Shown one piece after another: positions 61,807-64,000 of a stretch of 64,000 nt of DNA. The notes under the pieces are model-generated. The model saw only the letters and a list, made by a program, of their open reading frames with translations. It was not told where the DNA came from and ran no database searches. The position numbers and the translations under genes are program-made. The first letter of the stretch is position 1. Every line of letters begins with the position of its first letter. The DNA comes from Massalongia carnosa (Eukaryota): contig OZ287086.1 of assembly GCA_965645245.1 (NCBI GenBank), positions 1,302,001-1,366,000 on the forward strand. The letters are read 5' to 3'.

Positions 61807-64000
61807 TGTTGAACCTAGTGAGGTTCGTGAATAGAGGTGAATTCTTGATAATATGAATATCTAGAAGGAAAGTTCTATCTCAGTAGCTAATATTACATTA
61901 TGTGCGGCGAGCTAGCCCACACTAGGCCTAATAAGGCCATGCTATCCCTTAGGCCCCTGAGCCACCACCTAAGATCATCACTTAGGTTCACACACCCCTT
62001 CAGCTTCTACTCGTATGCGATCAGTGTAGAAGTTGATATCTGATGCTATTTGCTGAGTTCTGATGCTATCGTGAATTTTGATGCTATCAAGACCCTTCCT
62101 TTTTAGGCCCTTCCTGAGACGGCTGTTTAGGCCCTTCTGCCTTGACTAGTCCTAGCAGGTTGATGAATTCTTTGTGCCGCTGAATGGGTAGGGCCTTAGT
62201 GAATCCATCGGCCAAAATCTGAGCTGATGGCACCGATTTGATAGAGATCGTCTTATTGATCACTTCTTGCCGTAGCCAATGTGAATAAATATCCACATGC
62301 CTTAGCTTAGTCGAGAATCGGGGATTTTCTGATATTAGGGCTCTGATAGTTTGACGGTTATCACATTGAATGGTGAGATCATTTCCTAGGTCAAATTCAA
62401 TCGACTCAAACAGACGGGACCACCATATGGTCTCTTTCGCGGTCTGAGAAATAGCCAGCAATTCAGCCTCAGTTGACGATAGCGTAACCGTCTTCTATTT
62501 GTTGGCCTTCCAGTCTGTTAGGCCTCCGAATAGCTTCATTGCGTAGCCCTGCGAGCTGTACCTAGTCTGCAGGTCGTCTGCAAAACTGGAGTCGCTGCTC
62601 ACTATCAGGACTTCTTTTGGTATGACTTCTCTTGGTATGGTTATGCGACCGTCGAACATGATTGATAAGGTCCTTGTTGAAACGAGGTAACCAATCACCC
62701 TATTCACCAACTCGATGTGTCTGGGTGAGGGGTTGTTTAAATGTTCTGATAATTTGGAGGCCGAATTTGCTATATCAGGCCTTGTAATAACCGCAGGGAA
62801 ATTGACGTGCCCTACTTTCGTTTGGTATTGAAATATGTCTTGTGCAGTGGCGATGCCGTTGAATTTGGGAATAGCTTCAACTGGTAGCGGCGAGGCCTTT
62901 GAATTGACCCCAGTGATATTGAACTTTGCACCTATTTTGTCGATATAACTGTCCTGGCATAGCCACAGTTTCCTTGAGGCCCTATCCCTAGTGACCCGTA
63001 TGCCCAAGAACCACTCAATTTCACCTAAGGCCTTCATTTCATATTTGTTAAAGAGTTTTGCTTCGAAAGCATCAACGTATGCTGAGTAGCGTTTATCATA
63101 GATGACGCATATGTCATCCACGAAGACAAACACTATCATATAGCTGTTGGTGTAAATGCATTCGACCCCAGGGAGAGGTTCTAGCCCTAGCTCTATTAGA
63201 GTGCTTGATAAATCGTTGTGCCATAGTGCTGGTGACTGTTCTAGCCTGTAGAGGGCCCGGAGAAGATGTAATATAACGTTCGAATTGCCAGTCCATCCTA
63301 GTGGAAGCCTCCAGTATGTTGTTTCGTTTATTAGTGAATTAGCAAATGCATTCACTGCATCGTACTGCCTCGTATTTAGGTCAAATGATGCGACGAGGGC
63401 CATAAGGAATCGAAACAGGCGTGCAGCTAATGTGGCTGCATACGTATCGAAATTCGTATGTTGAAGGTCCCTTCTAGCCACCAAACGCGCCTTATGTTTA
63501 ACAAGCCAGCCGTTCTCATCAAATTTATACTTGTAGACCCACATGGTAGGAACTGATTGCTTATGTATGGCCTCATCCTTAGCCACCTCTTCCCACGTGC
63601 CATTGCGTTGTAATTCCTTTATCTCTACCCGCATTGCCTCTTTGAACGCCTCGCAGTATGGGTACCTAGCCAGTTCCTTGAACCCTTTCGGCGCGGCTGG
63701 CATATTGTCACGATGTGGACGAGTATGAGGTCGCTCCGAGGATGAAGCTATCCTGGTCGTAAATGCTAAAGCTGGACGAACATATGGTGAGGGCTGCAAA
63801 TGAGGCGTGAAAAGGGTCTGTTGATCCTTGACCAACTTCCTCCAACTGTGTTGCGTACACATTATGACGCGTGGTTCTTTGCCGTTGTGACCCTTCAGGT
63901 AAGATGTGGTCGTCGTCTAGGTCTGCTGGAATCGTTTGAGCCTGTGGTGCTATGTTCCTTGACCTCAATGGCCTCATAGCACGCGCACACCTCATTATTG
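61807..64000 (-). mobile_element. Copia 3' part: RT/RNase H plus 3' LTR (61807-62089)
   Basis: WVYKYK..KARLVAR, FVDD, KLRHVDI; PPT AAAAAGGAAGGG; stop at 62495. Confidence 0.9.

Overview
A fungal (filamentous ascomycete-type introns, RIP-like CpA>TpA stop codons), transposon-saturated accessory region. Most of the window is nested mobile DNA: MULE, four pogo/Fot1 elements, two Ty3/gypsy chromoviruses, three Ty1/copia elements, a TRIM, several solo LTRs, a Tad1-like LINE, a MITE and a DIRS/Ngaro-type tyrosine recombinase element. Many insertions can be delimited to the base by target-site duplications (TSDs). Host-type genes are few: a disrupted MFS sugar transporter, a convergent pair of unknown genes (one with a HeLo-like N-terminus), an intact patatin/NB-ARC/TPR NLR with about 11 near-identical but site-hypervariable 126-bp repeats, and an uncharacterised ORF abutting a copia LTR. 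A pseudogenised DUF3435-type tyrosine recombinase (Starship captain family) lies about 1.2 kb from the NLR and points toward it, suggesting a decaying Starship with immune-type cargo. Other notable items: an in-frame Gag-YR fusion lacking RT, an orphan TPR-repeat cassette joined to a transposase, and a four-copy structured hairpin motif in a LINE leader. Family assignments come from motif recognition only; no database search was run.
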